From: Enterobacter phage E-2
DNA length: 36,051 nt
Sequence record: KP791805.1
Direction: 5' to 3' (one strand)
Part shown: positions 25,117-35,667 of the stretch, piece after piece
How the letters are laid out: every line of letters starts with the position of its first letter
Position numbering within the stretch: the stretch's first letter is position 1
Made by a program: the position numbers and the translations under genes
Notes under the pieces: model-generated
Database searches by the model: none
The model's input: only the letters and a program-made list of their open reading frames with translations
What the model was told of the DNA's origin: nothing

Positions 25117-28100
25117 GTTTCTTCGGCGTCTCCTTTATACGGATACCGTTGGCCTCGTAGATTTTCATAATGAGTTGCTGCGATAGCGGGTCATTAGGAA
25201 TCAACTCACGAGAGGTGTTGAAGAGTCCTGTACGGAACTCCAGAGCGGTAGCCTTGTTTGGAGAAGACAGCAGGGAAGCGGCGTTAATAGCTGTTGCACC
25301 CACAGAACCCACAAAACCTAAACCCGGAACCTGCTCACCAACCGCACCTGCGATAGATGAAGCCACCTGTCTACCTGTCAGTGCCTTGTTAGGGTCTCGC
25401 TTCTCGGACTCTTTAGGGAGTACCGTAGAGCGGGTGTACTTATAGGTATCGCTACCAACCATCCCAGCGAACATATCGTAGATACTCAATGGTGAGCCTA
25501 AGTGTGAACTACGAGAGATTGACGCATGAGCAATCATCTTAGGGTCAAGGGCGTTCTTAAGGTACTCCTTACGTTTGTGCTCCTGTAGGCTTGCGGCCTT
25601 AAGGTGCGCCTGCGCAACGTAGTAACCACCAGCTAGACCCAAAGAGATGATATGAGTCAACGCTTGGTCTAACGCACGGTTGTTCTTCGTTGCCTCGTAG
25701 AAGCTACGGACGAACCGGGAGTTAAGGGACTTGATGACGAAGTTCTTAAACTGCATCACCATCTTCACCCCTGCACCGAACGCTTTGGAGTCCTGTGAGG
25801 AAACCTTGTGAGGGCGCAGTATAGTCTCATCCGCCACCTTGTCGGCCAGTCTCCACAAGTCCATTGAACGTGGGTCGTTAGCGAAAGCCTGTTTGTCACG
25901 AATGGTGAACTTACCGTCTTCTCCACGAGTCGCATAGTCTCTGAACAACTGCTTGATTCCATTCCACTGCTCAGGGCTGATAGAGGCAGACTTAAGGTAG
26001 TTTGCCTTACCGAACTTAGAGGCTTTCCCAGCAAGGGCCGCTCCAGCCACATCCCCAAGCACACCCTGACGGGCAGCATCAAGAATGTAGTTTGATGTTC
26101 CGTTTAGGAGCATTGTCCAAGGAGAGCGTGCAGCCAACTCTTGAGTACCGAAACGAATCGTACCGACCACATTGGCAACCGCAGCGCTGGTGTCCGTAGA
26201 CTCCCTAAGTCGGCGCACGTGGTCTTCACGTCCCGGACGGATTAGTTGGTCTAGTTCCTTACCGAACACCATCCCGTGTATCTCCTTAATCTCAGAGGCA
26301 CGAAGCGGTTTACCACGGTTGACCCAATCGTTAATCATAGGGATGCCATGAGTTATCGCAGAGACGTTACCTTTCGCCAGCATACCAGCGATTTCAGTAA
26401 CGTTCTGTGCGCCCATATAGGCGTTCTTAGCAAAGAACGTGAGGTCATTGACGGAGCGCAGGGCTGTACCCCAAGCGCCTTCCGGGTTCCTACGAGCACG
26501 ACCAGTTAGAATCTTCACGGTGTCCTTGAGGGCTTCCACTTCACCTTTCAATGTGCCGTTGCCCTCTGACTGCTTATCCAGCGCCATGATTTCATCTTTC
26601 AGGTCTTTGGTAGTCTTACCGGAACCACCCATGATTGCAACATCACCATCTACTCGTCGGTCGTATGCAGGCAGAATTTCAGCCATGTCATAGGTACGCA
26701 GGTCATTCACAGAGAACGTGTTACCATCAGGGAGAGTCACCGCCATGTCACTGTCGAACATGTTACGGGCTTCCAAGAAGTTGTTGTTCTCGATACCCAC
26801 CAGACCCTCAATGTTATCCTCAATGACAGAGGAGGCAGAGAACTGGTCGGTGTGTGAAATACCATACGCCTTATCCATCGCGTGCTTCTGCACCATCTCA
26901 GGCGTAACTTCCTGCACGGATTTGAGACCGTTAAGTTCCATCAGGTACTCATCGACCCTCGCCTTGACTTCTGGACGAGCACGATAAGACGTCAACCATG
27001 ACTCCGCGATTGCTCGCTGCAAGCCATCATTACCGTAACGTTTAACCATCTCAATCTTGATAGCGCGGTCGTACACGTTTGGCACGTAGGTTCCCTTGTG
27101 GCGTGAGCCGGGGAAGATACTGACCGCCTTGGTGTTGCCGAAGATTGACGGGTTCTCCATGATTTCACGTTTGAGGTCAAAGTGCTGCTTGAGGATGTTC
27201 ATCACGTTCCGCTCACCCTTTGTCAGGTTTGCTTGAAGCTCAGGTCGCTCAATCGCCAAGGCTGCACGCTTGTAGATTTCCTGTCGGATTTCCTTACGGC
27301 TCATTGTGGCCCCACCTGTGGAGAACTCAGGGTCTTTCATTGCAGTACGCACAGCATCATAAAGCTGATTGTAGGTGCGCTGATTGTTCGCGTGGAGCCG
27401 CTCCTTAATGTCAGAAGCAGTCGCACCGAACTTACCATTAGAGCCTGATTCCATCCCTGTTGGAGAACGCACAAGGTCACTCGCAATGGAGCGAACAGTC
27501 GGGTTCTCAGAGCGGAGAGTCTTCAAGCCAATCTCAGTGAAACCACCCAAAGAGATACCACGCGCGGCACGCTCAGGGTTGACCGCCTCGAACTCGCTAA
27601 GAGTCTGAGGGTTCAGTGGGTTGGTGTCGCTCAGGATTTGACCTTGAGGCAACACAACGGCACCCGGCTCGGTCTCTAGAGGTGAATACTCAACGCCAGC
27701 GTGCTCACGGTCGAACACACGGTTCTCGCTAGGCATACGGGTCAGGTCTTCGCCACCAGCGTTCAGAGCGGTCTCACGGGCTTCCAAGCGGTGTGCCATA
27801 GGAGCGAAGTCATTAACAACCTCAGTACCACGGGAACGGCGAATACCAGCGGCGATAGCGTCACTGATTGCACTCATCCCGGCACCGAACATCAGACCGC
27901 CTAAAGCAGCATCAGCGTAGTGTGCTTCACCACCAGCTATTGATGTACGGATACCCTCAGATGCAATCGCTAATCCAGCGCTTTGAGTACCAACGACGAA
28001 CGCCTTGTTAACCACCTTGAGACCCTTCCCGGCTACGCCCACTAGCGGAACGTAACTCAGCGGGTCTACACCAGCGCCGACGATACCAGCAGTAAGTTTG

Positions 28101-29074
28101 GCCCCAACACCAGCATCGGCAGACCGCGCATCCATCTCATAGTTGTCATTCGCCATCTTAATGAGGGCGTCCAGATTCTCAGGAGAGCCTCCAGTGACTA
28201 CGTTGATATACGCTGGGTTCTTCACTTCCTTACGGATTCGCTCTAGCTCTTCTGGCGTCCAAGTGTGACTATTCCAACGTGTAGGCGTGATGGTGTCCTT
28301 GAACAAATCAAAACCATCGTCGCTACGGGCTGCACGGAAAGCAACTCCAAGTACAGAGTTGTGAAGCTCCGCACTTGTTGCATCACCAATTCCGAAGAAG
28401 GTCGAACGTGCGTTAAACTCGTCCAGCGTTGTTCCAGTCTTTTCCCAAAAGTCCTTAGCATAAGGCACGTTAGGTGCTTTCTGCTCCTTACCCTCCACTT
28501 TGAATCCAGTTGACTCCGGCAGGTCAGTACCTACCGTCTGCTTCTTCCCGATTCCAGCAAATGCATCCCCAGATGGAATGCCCTTAGCCTTTGGGGTGAT
28601 ACCGCCGAACGCCTCCAAGTCCCCCTTGCGAGGACTGTTAGCTACGTCCATCAGGTTGCGCATATAGTTACGACCTTCCTCAGAGATTGAGGCCCAATCA
28701 CCTTTGTCGTAGGCCTGCATCTGAGGGGCACCATTTCTGCCCTCGCCTTGGTTGTACGCTAGGGCTGCCTTAAGCTCATCCCCATCGTATTTACGAATGA
28801 GGTCACTCAGGTGACGAGCGGCTGCATCCACAGCCAACTCCGGGTTGTAACGGTCATCATCGTCTGCATCAGTGACCTTGAGTCCCAGCGCAGTGGCTGT
28901 ACCCTTGGTGAACTGCATGAGACCCTTCGGGCCAGTTGGAGATTTGGCCTTTGGATTGAAGCTGGATTCGTTGAATGCCAATTTACGAAGCAGGTCATAG
29001 GAGACCCCATGTTTGTCTGCCGCTTTTTGAAATAACCCGTCGAACTCGCTAGGTTTGTTCTTATCGTAGCTCAT
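25112..29074 (-). CDS. gp16: Internal virion protein D gp16 (ejectosome) with an N-terminal lytic transglycosylase domain
   Basis: 1320 aa versus T7 gp16 1318 aa. The N-terminus MSYDKNKPSEFDGLFQKAADKHGVSYDLLRKLAFNESSFNPKAKSPTGPKGLMQFTKGTA carries the SLT-family E-S...GLMQ motif. Confidence 0.97.
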   Translation of the reverse strand: MSYDKNKPSEFDGLFQKAADKHGVSYDLLRKLAFNESSFNPKAKSPTGPKGLMQFTKGTATALGLKVTDADDDDRYNPELAVDAAARHLSDLIRKYDGDELKAALAYNQGEGRNGAPQMQAYDKGDWASISEEGRNYMRNLMDVANSPRKGDLEAFGGITPKAKGIPSGDAFAGIGKKQTVGTDLPESTGFKVEGKEQKAPNVPYAKDFWEKTGTTLDEFNARSTFFGIGDATSAELHNSVLGVAFRAARSDDGFDLFKDTITPTRWNSHTWTPEELERIRKEVKNPAYINVVTGGSPENLDALIKMANDNYEMDARSADAGVGAKLTAGIVGAGVDPLSYVPLVGVAGKGLKVVNKAFVVGTQSAGLAIASEGIRTSIAGGEAHYADAALGGLMFGAGMSAISDAIAAGIRRSRGTEVVNDFAPMAHRLEARETALNAGGEDLTRMPSENRVFDREHAGVEYSPLETEPGAVVLPQGQILSDTNPLNPQTLSEFEAVNPERAARGISLGGFTEIGLKTLRSENPTVRSIASDLVRSPTGMESGSNGKFGATASDIKERLHANNQRTYNQLYDAVRTAMKDPEFSTGGATMSRKEIRQEIYKRAALAIERPELQANLTKGERNVMNILKQHFDLKREIMENPSIFGNTKAVSIFPGSRHKGTYVPNVYDRAIKIEMVKRYGNDGLQRAIAESWLTSYRARPEVKARVDEYLMELNGLKSVQEVTPEMVQKHAMDKAYGISHTDQFSASSVIEDNIEGLVGIENNNFLEARNMFDSDMAVTLPDGNTFSVNDLRTYDMAEILPAYDRRVDGDVAIMGGSGKTTKDLKDEIMALDKQSEGNGTLKGEVEALKDTVKILTGRARRNPEGAWGTALRSVNDLTFFAKNAYMGAQNVTEIAGMLAKGNVSAITHGIPMINDWVNRGKPLRASEIKEIHGMVFGKELDQLIRPGREDHVRRLRESTDTSAAVANVVGTIRFGTQELAARSPWTMLLNGTSNYILDAARQGVLGDVAGAALAGKASKFGKANYLKSASISPEQWNGIKQLFRDYATRGEDGKFTIRDKQAFANDPRSMDLWRLADKVADETILRPHKVSSQDSKAFGAGVKMVMQFKNFVIKSLNSRFVRSFYEATKNNRALDQALTHIISLGLAGGYYVAQAHLKAASLQEHKRKEYLKNALDPKMIAHASISRSSHLGSPLSIYDMFAGMVGSDTYKYTRSTVLPKESEKRDPNKALTGRQVASSIAGAVGEQVPGLGFVGSVGATAINAASLLSSPNKATALEFRTGLFNTSRELIPNDPLSQQLIMKIYEANGIRIKETPKKQ

Positions 29075-29092
29075 GGAGCCTCCTTATCACTG

Positions 29093-31336
29093 TTAGTCTT
29101 CTTTACGTCCATAGATGTACTTCGGAGTCTTCTTCCGTTTCTCTTGGACACGTTTACGCGCTTCTTCACGCGCCTGTGGTACACGGCTGATTGGGGCACG
29201 CTTGTTGGCCTCTTTGAGGGCTTTCTCTCGTGCTGCCTCGGCCTGCTCCTGTGCGGTGCGCTGGTATTCGCGTTTGAGTAACTCTTGGTCGAACCGAGTG
29301 CGAACCTGCCCGGTTGTGTCCATCAGGTAGATTGCATCCCCCTGCTGGTACACCGTCAGTTGCTTGTTGGTAATCCAAGGGTTAGCCTCTGTGATTCTCT
29401 TAATGGCTTCGTCCAGAATGTTCTTCCCCTGTTCCCACGACTTAGGGTCATCCGAAACAGTCAGGATGTTCTTCGGCAGGACACCATAGGTATCACCCTC
29501 AACATCACTACTGGAGAACGTAGTCGTTGAATCAGAGAGGAACTTTGCGACCTGTTCAGTCGCCATGTCAGGGTTCCCTGTCCGGTACTTCACGGAATCA
29601 TAAATCTTCCGGGCATACCCTTGGACACTCGAAGGCATGTACTTGATTTGAGGATTCGTTGAATCGTTCATCATAGCAGCCCACGCTCGGTCATCCTCAA
29701 ACTGCATCTCCTTGGTCTTCTGTGCGCGGGCCTTATCAGCGTCGATAAGAACCTGCGTGTCGATGCCTTGGTTATCCAACATGTCCATCGTCAGGAACAA
29801 CTCGGCCTTGTCAGGATACAGAGAGGCAATCAGGTCAGGGTCAGTGTTGCGGATGCGACGAAGGTTGTCCATCGCTGGTGTGCTCTCAGGCATCTTACCG
29901 TTAATCACCGCAGCCTGCCATTCGTTTCCAGCATCAGTAATCATCTCACCAAACGCTGCACGGAAAGCACCCTCCTTGGAGTCTGCCCGTAGGTAGTCCA
30001 ATTTCAGTTTGTCTTTCTGTTCTGGCGTTAAGTCCATCGCTTCGATTTCCGCTAACTTCTGGTTCGCGTAGTTGACCATATCGCTATGTGTAAACTCACC
30101 AGTGTTCTCGTTGGTCGGCATGTCCTTATAGTTGGTCGAGACGTATTCACCGTTGAGGCGCTTCTGGAACTGCTTGTCGATGACCAAAGATTTATTCAGG
30201 GTCTTCTGTTGCTTGTCCATCAGCTTGGCTGTCTCAGCCTGTTCCTGCTTGAAGCGTGTGCGCATCTGTTCCTGTGCGGAAATCAACCACTCGCGCTCAG
30301 GAGTCATCTCTTCACCAGGCTGAATCTTATCAAGTTCGGCCTTGATACCTTGAAGAGTCTCCCAACCCTTACCAGTGTCCGCTTGGTTAAGCGCTGAGTT
30401 AATATCCAGTCGGAACTTCTCGGTTAACTTCGCGTTGTTCTGGAATTGAGTGTGCTGTGCCTTAATCATCATGGCCTGCCACTGTTCATCACCCATCAGT
30501 TCACGATAGGTAGTCGTAGCGCCATTTAGAGTCACCTTGCGGTTCTCAATGTTCTGCAAGAAGGCGGCACCACCCGGACGCTGTAGCACGTCATTCAGGG
30601 ACGAAGAGATAACCTGTTGAGCCTGATTGTCGGTCATCCCTGTCACCAAGGAGTTGTCGATGTAGTTCTGGAAGAACTCACCGGACTCAGGACGAGACAG
30701 TAGGTCAGGGTCAGACAGGACACCATTGAGTTCAACCTTCGAGTTCAGGATTGCGCCCTTCTGCGCTTGGTCACTCAGGAAGGTATCATGTGCGCCATAC
30801 AGAGCAATGTTACGCTCGGTGATATTCGCGTTGAAACCCTTCTGGTATTCCTCGTCCATCTCATTGATGCCGAACTGCTCAGCGAACGACTTCGAGTGCT
30901 CCTGTAGGCGTGAGTGACGATACTGCTCCATCTCTTCACGAGTACGGAAGCGACCCTCTTTGATGGCCTGTTGAACCTCATCGTCAACGAGGAACGCAGC
31001 GTTACGCCCTGTCTTGAACTTCAAGGCCTGCATTGCGTATGGGTCATCCTGATACAGCAGTGTACCATTCTGGATAGCCTGTCGGCGCTGCTCAGGGGTC
31101 AGCTTACGGATAATCTCGTTGGAGCGCTCATCGGCTCGTTGCTTATCACGTTCATCTTTCGCCATGTACATATCGGCACCAGCCTTAGCGAATCGACCAA
31201 TGGAGTCCAGAAGACTCGCTCTTGGTTGTTCAGCCTGAATGGTTGCTGCCCGGTAGTCCATACCTTTGACGCCCCGGAGTCGTTCCATACCGGGAGTCGC
31301 CATGTTGCCTAAAACACTATTTAGTTTACTAGCCAT
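29093..31336 (-). CDS. gp15: Internal virion protein C gp15
   Basis: 747 aa, identical in length to T7 gp15. It sits in the conserved position between gp14 and gp16. Confidence 0.95.
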   Translation of the reverse strand: MASKLNSVLGNMATPGMERLRGVKGMDYRAATIQAEQPRASLLDSIGRFAKAGADMYMAKDERDKQRADERSNEIIRKLTPEQRRQAIQNGTLLYQDDPYAMQALKFKTGRNAAFLVDDEVQQAIKEGRFRTREEMEQYRHSRLQEHSKSFAEQFGINEMDEEYQKGFNANITERNIALYGAHDTFLSDQAQKGAILNSKVELNGVLSDPDLLSRPESGEFFQNYIDNSLVTGMTDNQAQQVISSSLNDVLQRPGGAAFLQNIENRKVTLNGATTTYRELMGDEQWQAMMIKAQHTQFQNNAKLTEKFRLDINSALNQADTGKGWETLQGIKAELDKIQPGEEMTPEREWLISAQEQMRTRFKQEQAETAKLMDKQQKTLNKSLVIDKQFQKRLNGEYVSTNYKDMPTNENTGEFTHSDMVNYANQKLAEIEAMDLTPEQKDKLKLDYLRADSKEGAFRAAFGEMITDAGNEWQAAVINGKMPESTPAMDNLRRIRNTDPDLIASLYPDKAELFLTMDMLDNQGIDTQVLIDADKARAQKTKEMQFEDDRAWAAMMNDSTNPQIKYMPSSVQGYARKIYDSVKYRTGNPDMATEQVAKFLSDSTTTFSSSDVEGDTYGVLPKNILTVSDDPKSWEQGKNILDEAIKRITEANPWITNKQLTVYQQGDAIYLMDTTGQVRTRFDQELLKREYQRTAQEQAEAAREKALKEANKRAPISRVPQAREEARKRVQEKRKKTPKYIYGRKED

Positions 31337-31338
31337 TA

Positions 31339-31932
31339 TTACCTCCCGGTCTTGGTTCCTTTGGCGGCACTGATAGGTGCTGCTTGGTTTCCACCTTTCT
31401 TGTCAAATCCACCAGCCGCATATTGACTTGCAGCTTCCTGACCCATAATGGACAGAGGGTCTAGTACACGCATCAGACCGGACTTACCTTTGGCCTCGCT
31501 CTTGTACATTGCATCGACTTGACTTGCTGTGGACTGAGTGCGTCCCAACTGTTGCGCAAAGATACTCGCGTAGTCTCGGCGGTAATTCTCGGTGACACTA
31601 TTTGCCTCCCGAATGTAGTTGCCCTCTTCGATACGCTTGATGCGCTTCATGGACTCACCTTCTAGCATACCCTCGCCGATAGCTGCACGGATGGTTCCCA
31701 TAGCCTGTACCTTCTGCATGTTACGTGTAGTCAACTCAGAGGATGCAGCTTCAAGGGCGTCCCGTTGTTCCAGCGAGGCGTTGGCATTTTGGATATTCAT
31801 CTCTTTGACCATCTCCATTGCCTGTCTGCGTCCAGCTTCGGTCTGTGCCACTCGCGCCTTGTCAGCACTGTTCTGGCTACTTAGAGCTTGGGCACCCATC
31901 ATGGCAATAGGAATCGCTGCCATCCAGCACAT
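31339..31932 (-). CDS. gp14: Internal virion protein B gp14
   Basis: 197 aa. MCWMAAIPIAMMGAQALSSQN...AAKGTKTGR versus T7 gp14 MCWAAAIPIAISGAQAISGQN...AKGTKTGR. Confidence 0.9.
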   Translation of the reverse strand: MCWMAAIPIAMMGAQALSSQNSADKARVAQTEAGRRQAMEMVKEMNIQNANASLEQRDALEAASSELTTRNMQKVQAMGTIRAAIGEGMLEGESMKRIKRIEEGNYIREANSVTENYRRDYASIFAQQLGRTQSTASQVDAMYKSEAKGKSGLMRVLDPLSIMGQEAASQYAAGGFDKKGGNQAAPISAAKGTKTGR

Positions 31933-31934
31933 AG

Positions 31935-32345
31935 TTACCTCCTACTGATAGTGAATAATTGGAATTGACCATCAGCGGTAAACTCATTATGGAATACCGC
32001 GCCTATGGTCTTTAGGAAACGAATGTGTGACTTATTGCCTACCCAAACGAAATTCCAAATGGACTCGTACTGGCTCAGCATCATATCACGATATTCAATG
32101 ATAAGTCTACGAAACTCTAAGCGCTCCTTCAAGGTAAACAGTGGGACGTACTTAGAGGTAAGGAACCACACTCGGTCTCCCTGATTGCCACCAATTGACA
32201 ACACAGCGTTATCGCTAAGCATTGCCACAGTGTTCTCATCAGGAATTACTTTAGGTTCGACACCCAATGCCTCAGCTTCCAGAATGTCCTCTATGGACGG
32301 CTGAAAGTTGTCAGCGTGGTCTTGTAAACACTTTGTAATATACAT
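31935..32345 (-). CDS. gp13: Internal virion protein A gp13
   Basis: 136 aa versus T7 gp13 138 aa. Called by position downstream of phi13. Confidence 0.85.
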   Translation of the reverse strand: MYITKCLQDHADNFQPSIEDILEAEALGVEPKVIPDENTVAMLSDNAVLSIGGNQGDRVWFLTSKYVPLFTLKERLEFRRLIIEYRDMMLSQYESIWNFVWVGNKSHIRFLKTIGAVFHNEFTADGQFQLFTISRR

Positions 32346-32375
32346 AATGCTTTAACCCCCTCGTATCTATTAGTG

Positions 32376-32398
32376 TCTCCCTTTAGTGAGGGTTAATT
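32376..32398 (-). promoter_or_regulatory. T3-type phage promoter, phi13 position (consensus)
   Basis: tctccctttagtgagggttaatt. Confidence 0.85.
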
Positions 32399-32418
32399 CA
32401 CCACAGGGAGACTTTAAG

Positions 32419-34824
32419 TTAAATGCCCGAAGAACGACGAAGGTAGTTACCCTCCCAGCCGCACCCAATGATGTTCAGTGGGGTTGATGCGTCTGACTCG
32501 ATAGTTACTATGTTCGTCTGAGCGTTTCCAACAACCGGGAAGCGGTACTGCCCTGTGCCAATGTTCGACCTGCCAACACGCAGATTGTCAGAACCCAAGC
32601 GAGCACCAGCCATTGTGTAGATGAACTCACGGGACAGGTTGTTCACGCGGATGGTGAACGCTCCAGAGTCCTCATAGTTTACCCACGCACGCCGAAGCTG
32701 TAAGCGACCAATATCCTCGGTAGCCGTCGAGCCGTCCTCAGCAGTCTTCTTAATGAGGAACTTCGAGAACGTATACGTGAATGGGATGTTGAACCCAATG
32801 TAAACCACTTGGCCCTCTTGGTTCCCATCAAGTCGTAACACCGGGTCACTGCTCCAGCCGTTGATTGGCTGGTCTACCTCTATAATCTTTCCATCAGGGA
32901 AGACCACAGACACCCTACCCTTAGTAAAGTTCATCCCATAAATCGTTGCGAGGCTTATGGACGTCTGGTAGGTATCATCATTATACGTCCCGGCAGGGAT
33001 GGTGTATTTCCTCTTAGCGTCGATGTATAATCTGTAAGGCTCTCCCGGAATGTCTATGGAGTTCTTCGTGAAGTGTAAGCGGCCCATCCACACAGCATGT
33101 TCATTGCCCATCAATACAGTCATTGTTGAGTTTATCACCTGTGCTGCAAACACTGTAACGTTGTCCCCAAAGTCCCAATGAGACCACGACTGCTGCCTGA
33201 TTTCCTCATCAATATAGAGGAACTTGTAGATATACACTCGGTTCGGTGCTCCGCTCGTAAGGATAGCCGCGAAGTTCTCAGCGGTTGTACCCGATATACT
33301 GAATACGCCATTCGGTATGTAGTTCGGAACGTGAGCCGTCATGTCCTCTGCGTTCTTCACAGAGCTTACATCCTGTACCGCATAGTATCGGTTAATGGAT
33401 GTGAAGGAAGCGCGAGGTGACGCAAAGTATACATTACGTCCCACACCATGTGGTCGCGCCCTGTCTTGTACATCAAACTGAGTCGTAAGGTTCAACTCTA
33501 CGGAGCGACTCGAAAGGATACCAGAGGCTGTCAGAACGAACTGCGCTTGGTCAGACCATAGGAGCAACTCTTCGGAGAACGGAACGGCATACTTCAAGGT
33601 GGACACCCGGTTATGGCTAACCGCAACGTCGATTGGGTCATCGTCGGAGTAGTTGGATACGGATGCCGGGAAGAAGTTGAAGTATTTCGAGGTGCGGGAC
33701 AAGATGATGTTCTCCCCACTAAGGAAACCTAAACGGTTACGGAAGAAGAAAATATCATTGATTGTCTGTCCGGTAAACGATGGGTATGGGTTAGTTGTGT
33801 CATCACCAACAGTACGAGCACCCCACTCAAGTACCTTAAAGTCAAAGTTCCCGTCAGAAGCACGTACCAGCGCCCAAGGCATAGTGTGGTAATGTAGGTG
33901 AGTCCTTGTGTTCCAGCCGATTGTTTCTACCCATACCTTACGGTTGAGGTCGAACCTAACGTAATACTGGTCGGCAGTCTTTGAGGTGTCACCTACAATC
34001 TTCACAATGTACCCATCTGGCGCGTTAATAGGCAGCTTCTGGAACGACTGAGTGTAATGGGTTACAGGGTTGATTAGCTGGTCTGCGTAACCATCCTTAG
34101 TCTGTAGTCCCCAAACGTTATCGTTATTTGGCGCAAGGATATGGATGAATCCGGGGCCAACGTTGAAGCGCCACTTATTCGGGTCTTGCTTGTTGTTTGG
34201 ATTCCCAAGGTTGTTCCTCAACTGCGCCGCCAGCTTCTCAGCGATAGCCTGACCGTCCACCTCGTTAACGTGTGCTGGTTGTGAACCATCTGGTAGTTGC
34301 ACAGCAGCACGCTCAGCCCCGTTGAACTCGATTGAGAGTCTGCGCCCATACTGTCCACCACGAACGTTGATTAATGCATCGCCTTGGTCTTTAAAACCCG
34401 GAAGGTTGACCGATTGGTCATTACTCTGTACAACCACCTTACGGTTGGTCACAAAGGTGTAGTCAGCCACCGTTACCATCCGAAGGTCTTCCCGTGGGTT
34501 AGCTGTGCGCACATAAGAGCGGTCTCCACGTACTTGGTACTCCTTACCGTCGAGGTCGAATACCTTAATGTCTTCACCAGTGAACACCACTAAATACTGC
34601 TCGAACTCATCACGGTTGATGAGGTGAACGTAAGGTTGCGCACCCACATACCCAGCAGGGCCAAGGGTCTTAAGGTGAATCATCGGTGGGCGCTTCTGGA
34701 GACCCTCGGACTCAGAAGACCAACCGTTAATCTGTACGCTACCTTGTTCAGCGAACCGGAGAATATCTGGCTGTTGACTGATACCACCCTTGAGGTTTTT
34801 GATTGATTGGCTAATGAGAGCCAT
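32419..34824 (-). CDS. gp12: Tail tubular protein B gp12
   Basis: 801 aa versus T7 gp12 794 aa. It follows gp11. Confidence 0.97.
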   Translation of the reverse strand: MALISQSIKNLKGGISQQPDILRFAEQGSVQINGWSSESEGLQKRPPMIHLKTLGPAGYVGAQPYVHLINRDEFEQYLVVFTGEDIKVFDLDGKEYQVRGDRSYVRTANPREDLRMVTVADYTFVTNRKVVVQSNDQSVNLPGFKDQGDALINVRGGQYGRRLSIEFNGAERAAVQLPDGSQPAHVNEVDGQAIAEKLAAQLRNNLGNPNNKQDPNKWRFNVGPGFIHILAPNNDNVWGLQTKDGYADQLINPVTHYTQSFQKLPINAPDGYIVKIVGDTSKTADQYYVRFDLNRKVWVETIGWNTRTHLHYHTMPWALVRASDGNFDFKVLEWGARTVGDDTTNPYPSFTGQTINDIFFFRNRLGFLSGENIILSRTSKYFNFFPASVSNYSDDDPIDVAVSHNRVSTLKYAVPFSEELLLWSDQAQFVLTASGILSSRSVELNLTTQFDVQDRARPHGVGRNVYFASPRASFTSINRYYAVQDVSSVKNAEDMTAHVPNYIPNGVFSISGTTAENFAAILTSGAPNRVYIYKFLYIDEEIRQQSWSHWDFGDNVTVFAAQVINSTMTVLMGNEHAVWMGRLHFTKNSIDIPGEPYRLYIDAKRKYTIPAGTYNDDTYQTSISLATIYGMNFTKGRVSVVFPDGKIIEVDQPINGWSSDPVLRLDGNQEGQVVYIGFNIPFTYTFSKFLIKKTAEDGSTATEDIGRLQLRRAWVNYEDSGAFTIRVNNLSREFIYTMAGARLGSDNLRVGRSNIGTGQYRFPVVGNAQTNIVTIESDASTPLNIIGCGWEGNYLRRSSGI

Positions 34825-34839
34825 AGAGCCTCCTTGTTA

Positions 34840-35430
34840 TTAGCGGTTAAGTAGACCAGAGGTGAATGCGTCACCATCCAGCATATTGTAGTTGCCGTAG
34901 TCTAGCTCGTACTCGAAGCACGCACGCCATGCTTCCTGTTCCTCTTCCTGCAACACTCCGTCTACCTCCGGCGCACCGAAGAAGCGGTTGTTGAACTGGC
35001 GTGAGGCCTTGGTGACGATGTAGTTACGGAAGCACTCAGGCATCTCATCGAACTCTCTCAGACGAATCAGGTTGACCTGAACACCAGAAGGAAATCTGTC
35101 AGTCTTCGCAGAGCGGTCATAGATATAGCCACCACGGTTGATATATTGGGTCTGGCCGCTGGTTGCCATTACTGACAGATAGTCAGAGCTAAATGGAATC
35201 ATACCAGAGAACGCATCCGGTAGAAGAGTCACACCTTCCTCAATATTGAATGTCCATCCTCGTGATTGAATCTGTCGGTTAATCTTATTGAGTACACGTC
35301 GAGCATTCGCAACGTCAGCATTCGCATCACCCTCAAGGGTCGATACTGGTGGCTCACCGATGGAAGCCAGAATGTCGTTGACGGCTGATAGCTCTTCTGC
35401 GGTCTCAATGTTCATCTCATAAGAGCGCAT
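34840..35430 (-). CDS. gp11: Tail tubular protein A gp11
   Basis: 196 aa, identical in length to T7 gp11. [29 protein letters not shown]... Confidence 0.95.
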   Translation of the reverse strand: MRSYEMNIETAEELSAVNDILASIGEPPVSTLEGDANADVANARRVLNKINRQIQSRGWTFNIEEGVTLLPDAFSGMIPFSSDYLSVMATSGQTQYINRGGYIYDRSAKTDRFPSGVQVNLIRLREFDEMPECFRNYIVTKASRQFNNRFFGAPEVDGVLQEEEQEAWRACFEYELDYGNYNMLDGDAFTSGLLNR

Positions 35431-35437
35431 GATGTTA

Positions 35438-35460
35438 CCTCCTGTTAGTGAGGGTTAAAG
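35438..35460 (-). promoter_or_regulatory. T3-type phage promoter, phi11 position (class II variant). It overlaps the gene 11 SD.
   Basis: cctcctgttagtgagggttaaag. Confidence 0.65.
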
Positions 35461-35502
35461 CAAAAAACCCCTCAGATACCCTACGAGGGCACCCAAGGGG
35501 TT
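35461..35502 (-). terminator. Tphi, the major phage-RNAP terminator after gene 10
   Basis: The coding strand reads AACCCCTTGGGTGCCCTCGTAGGGTATCTGAGGGGTTTTTTG, a GC hairpin plus U6. It resembles T7 Tphi (AACCCCTTGGGGCCTCTAAACGGGTCTTGAGGGGTTTTTTG). Confidence 0.75.
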
Positions 35503-35508
35503 CGCATA

Positions 35509-35667
35509 TTATTGAGACTTAAGTGCCTTGTTACGAGCACGAGTAATGGCGGCCTTCTGTTGAGGCGTGAGAGCTACTTCGTCGGCTACCTCTTGGGTCG
35601 GCTCCACTTCACTCTCCGCGTTCATACTCAAAGGCGCTACCCTTAAGCCTTCGAAGTCTTTGGCAGC
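35509..35667 (-). CDS. gp10B: 10B-specific C-terminal extension, reached by a -1 ribosomal frameshift near the end of 10A (minor capsid protein 10B)
   Basis: The -1 frame is open for 49 codons past the 10A stop: ...KDFEGLRVAPLSMNAESEVEPTQEVADEVALTPQQKAAITRARNKALKSQ*. It ends 4 nt before Tphi. A candidate slip site is CCA AAG (tRNA-Lys, AAG to AAA) at about 35662-35667. Confidence 0.55.
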   Translation of the reverse strand, partial: AAKDFEGLRVAPLSMNAESEVEPTQEVADEVALTPQQKAAITRARNKALKSQ